64,000 nucleotides of DNA from Kiritimatiellia bacterium (GTDB taxonomy: Bacteria > Verrucomicrobiota > Kiritimatiellia > JAAZAB01): NCBI GenBank assembly GCA_040767085.1, contig JAXGPF010000005.1, forward strand, positions 64,001-128,000. The letters run 5' to 3'. Positions 61,051 to 64,000 of the stretch are shown here, in pieces. Both the position numbers and the translations under genes were made by a program. How positions within the stretch are numbered: the first letter of the stretch is position 1; each line of letters begins with the position of its first letter. Below the pieces are notes generated by a model. It saw nothing but the letters and a program-made list of their open reading frames with translations. It had not been told where the DNA came from and did no database searches.

Positions 61051-62868
61051 TCACCGGACAATCATGATGCTTCCGGCCGGCGGCAATGCCCGGAAGCAGC
61101 CGATATCCAGCCCTGCCGCAAACCATGCTTTGCCATCCTGGTCGTGCGATGGCGCGGAAATGCCCGCAAAAACACCAATGCCTCTGCTCCGGCAGGGGGA
61201 GCGGTAGGCAATATGCAAATCGGGGGGAGTGACGCCGAGGAACAGCGGATCGGCGGATATTGAATTCCCGTCCTGCCCCGTGCCGGACTGCCATGCGGCC
61301 AATGTTCCGTAATCAGCGCTGACCTTGGCGGGGCCGCTCAAGTAATAATCATTATAATCCGACTGCAGCGTTGCGGGCGGCTGGTAAAAACAGGCGGTAT
61401 TGGTGGCCGAGATAATATTATTGAATAAAACCATGTTGTTAGCCGTGCCGCTGTTAAACGTGATTTCATAGGCAGCATCGGCAAAAAACGTGTTGTTATA
61501 CAAGCGCATGTTATGCGCATCGCGGAACCAGGCGCCGGCCGACGTATTCCGGAAGATTGCATTATTGTAAATATAGCAGGGGCCGGCGGTTATGGCGCGA
61601 AAATACAATCCACAAACATTACTGCAACACGTATTATTGGCCAACATACTGTCATTGCAAGCGCCGTACAGGTATAAGCCGGCGTTGGAATGTTCGGAAC
61701 ATGTGTTATTGACTATGGCGCAGTTGGTGGAAGCATTGCAGTAAATGCCGGCCTTGCTTGCGCGCAATATATTATTTGAAAGGACGACGCCGGAGCTGTT
61801 GTTGACATAAACATTATATTCGGAATGATCGCGGACCATGTTCCCGGAAATCCGGTGCGCGGCATTATCGCCAAAGTAAGCGTAAATGCCGTGTAATTTA
61901 TTGGAAAACACCGTATTGCCGCCGGCCGCGCAATTGGTGGCATAATGGAACATTATGCCGTAACAGGCGTTGGAATAGATTGTATTGAAGGCGGCGGTGC
62001 CGTTTTGCACATTATTGAAGCGTATGGCCGCCGAGCCCGGGATCGTACTGAATCCGGCATTATAACAAATTGTATTATACGTTATGCAAGCATTGCTTGA
62101 AAACACTCCGATAGGATAAAAATTCGTCAGCGTGCCGGAAATCACATTGCTGATTAGATTCAGGTCGCGCGACCCGGATCCTGCTGTTGCGCCGTTAACC
62201 GCGTATTGGCGTGCAAGCCGTATCCTGAAATTTTGAATGCTGACGTACGGATGCCGGATGTAAAATAAATCGCCGGAAAGCCTGCTGGCGACAAGGTTGA
62301 AATTTGAAGGATGGCTCCCGTTGAAGGTGTGCAGGTAAAGAATTCCTCCGTCGAGATAATAAGAACCGGCGGACGATTCCACACCGGCCACGGAAGCGGC
62401 GGGAGCATAATGCCGCCATTCCTCGGAAGCGGGCGGAGCTTCGTGGACGCCCAGTATACTGCCAGTTTCGGCGATTTGATAGGTGTAAGCCTGGCCGTCC
62501 GCCAGCGTAAAACCGCCGGCAGGATAATTGGTCCCGCTGCTGACAACCGGTAACATGCCCGCGCCATCGCCCGGCACCCCTTGATAGATTAGCCGTGCGG
62601 TGTCGGAGGTTCCGCCCGCCGGCGTGCTAATCGTTTCCATGTATGTGTAATCGCCCTTGATACACAAAGTGTGCGCTCCGTTGCCGGCCAATCCCACCAA
62701 TACGTTGGCCGCGCCGATGGTTTTTTTGGCCTGCTCCCAGGACAAGCCGCTTCCGGCATCGCTGCCCGCGGCGCCATCCACGTACCATGAATCCGCCAGG
62801 GCCGGGCGCCCCATGGCCAGACTGAGCATTCCCGCGAGAATCAAGCTGTAAGGTCTGTTGGTGCGCAT
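61051..62868 (-). CDS. Secreted right-handed parallel beta-helix protein
   Basis: Signal peptide, WYVDG..GSD..SGLSW..A, Asn-rich repeats, SISADPLF, LDIGCF. Confidence 0.82.
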   Translation of the reverse strand: MRTNRPYSLILAGMLSLAMGRPALADSWYVDGAAGSDAGSGLSWEQAKKTIGAANVLVGLAGNGAHTLCIKGDYTYMETISTPAGGTSDTARLIYQGVPGDGAGMLPVVSSGTNYPAGGFTLADGQAYTYQIAETGSILGVHEAPPASEEWRHYAPAASVAGVESSAGSYYLDGGILYLHTFNGSHPSNFNLVASRLSGDLFYIRHPYVSIQNFRIRLARQYAVNGATAGSGSRDLNLISNVISGTLTNFYPIGVFSSNACITYNTICYNAGFSTIPGSAAIRFNNVQNGTAAFNTIYSNACYGIMFHYATNCAAGGNTVFSNKLHGIYAYFGDNAAHRISGNMVRDHSEYNVYVNNSSGVVLSNNILRASKAGIYCNASTNCAIVNNTCSEHSNAGLYLYGACNDSMLANNTCCSNVCGLYFRAITAGPCYIYNNAIFRNTSAGAWFRDAHNMRLYNNTFFADAAYEITFNSGTANNMVLFNNIISATNTACFYQPPATLQSDYNDYYLSGPAKVSADYGTLAAWQSGTGQDGNSISADPLFLGVTPPDLHIAYRSPCRSRGIGVFAGISAPSHDQDGKAWFAAGLDIGCFRALPPAGSIMIVR

Positions 62869-62993
62869 AGATTTACTCCTTGGGGCTATACGATATTTCC
62901 TGCCAGCCGGTTTATGATATTATAAACACGCCTATCCCCGCAACCCGGATACTGGCCCGCCAGTATCAACCACGAACCTCGACCCGCCACCCG

Positions 62994-64000
62994 TCACCTC
63001 TCATATTCCGTGGGAACCGATCCTCTTTCCACCTGCAAGGCATCAGCCCAAACCGTTCCATCGCCATAGGTAAACAACGACAGACTGACCGCCGGCGCCA
63101 GGCAATGATAGCGCTGCCAATGCGTGGAAAGCCGGAAGATCGGCCCGTCCTTCCAGAAGCGGGCGGTCATGTTGGTATTGTCGGCTTTTAAATACAAGGA
63201 CCAGCATACATTAGTCCCTTGCATGTCCGCCGCTCCTTTAAATTTCATTAATAATCCGCTGCGCAACGTTCCAACGCGCAAAGTGCTTTTCATTTTCAGG
63301 CAATATTTGCCTTCATAAGGATTCTGGGTATCCTGCCCCCATTCGCCCGTCGATGAACCGATTGACGGCCAGACCATCAGCGGCAGATAATAATCCGGCC
63401 AGCCCGGCATCGTGGCGTCTTCAAAGCCCGGGTTTGGCGCGCGGTTTTTCCTGTCTTCCCGGCCCGTCACGGGGATGCTGTCATCACGATGGTCCTCCGC
63501 CTTGATGGGGGCGGCATTTACGGTAATCCGCACGGGCTCCGGTAAATTCGCCGCATCCAGCCGGTAAGCGCGGGTGGCCAGCCAATCCAGCCGGTCGGAA
63601 AAAGAGTTCGATTGAACCTGGCAGGCGCTGCCGGCGAATAAATGGCTGACCGCATCGGCCGGGGTTGCGCCCTCGATGCTGAATTTTACATCCACGGGAT
63701 AATAGGCGCTGTTGGCCGCCAGCAGGACGTAGTATCCGCGCGGATCTTTATAAATCGCCGCTTGAATGTCCGGGCATATCCCAAAGGCAATGTTTAAAGG
63801 AGTATCCGGCCAATAAATGATCTTTTGCGGAATTTCCCCCGCGAGCAGCGCCGGCGCAAGCAGGTTGACTTCGCGGGCGAGGGCGCAGAATTCCTGCCAG
63901 TTGGCATCATGCAACACGGGGAATGTAAAATAAGTCAGCCCATGCGCGCCGTGAATCAGCGCCAGATAAGTTTGCGCGCGCTGCTCCCGCGGCAATGTCA
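62994..64000 (-). CDS. Hypothetical carbohydrate-active protein (C-terminal part), CBM-like NPGFE domain
   Basis: YLALIHGAHGLTYF, NPGFE, VWADALQVERG; gene begins beyond the window end. Confidence 0.6.
   Translation of the reverse strand, partial: TLPREQRAQTYLALIHGAHGLTYFTFPVLHDANWQEFCALAREVNLLAPALLAGEIPQKIIYWPDTPLNIAFGICPDIQAAIYKDPRGYYVLLAANSAYYPVDVKFSIEGATPADAVSHLFAGSACQVQSNSFSDRLDWLATRAYRLDAANLPEPVRITVNAAPIKAEDHRDDSIPVTGREDRKNRAPNPGFEDATMPGWPDYYLPLMVWPSIGSSTGEWGQDTQNPYEGKYCLKMKSTLRVGTLRSGLLMKFKGAADMQGTNVCWSLYLKADNTNMTARFWKDGPIFRLSTHWQRYHCLAPAVSLSLFTYGDGTVWADALQVERGSVPTEYER

Overview
GC-rich bacterial chromosomal window. Gene content (prepilin-type protein, many large secreted carbohydrate-active hypotheticals, membrane Ser/Thr kinase) suggests a Kiritimatiellota/Lentisphaerota-like PVC organism; this is inference. 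Housekeeping genes (sua5, purL/purQ, hisH/hisF/hisC/hisI, smc, proA, dus, dapF, HU, lgt, rluD, tilS) are mixed with accessory genes. Two apparently identical 1386-bp IS1202-family (ISNCY-type DDE) elements lie in inverted orientation, each with its own 15-16 bp target duplication, both in promoter regions. Also present: a hybrid histidine kinase split by an in-frame TAA, an AraC/GH31 chimeric remnant and a GTAG-type REP cluster. The best candidate for an undescribed system is 41074-51166. A near-consensus promoter drives two tandem small secreted paralogs sharing an invariant 28-aa 'MGFIAGCCFGIRAGAAYNDGKEIHWREW' core, closed by a terminator. Next come a LolA-like protein, a TPR-YidD fusion, a TPR/TM2-like membrane protein and tightly coupled deacetylase and glycosyltransferase genes. 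All annotations are by eye from motifs; no searches were run.
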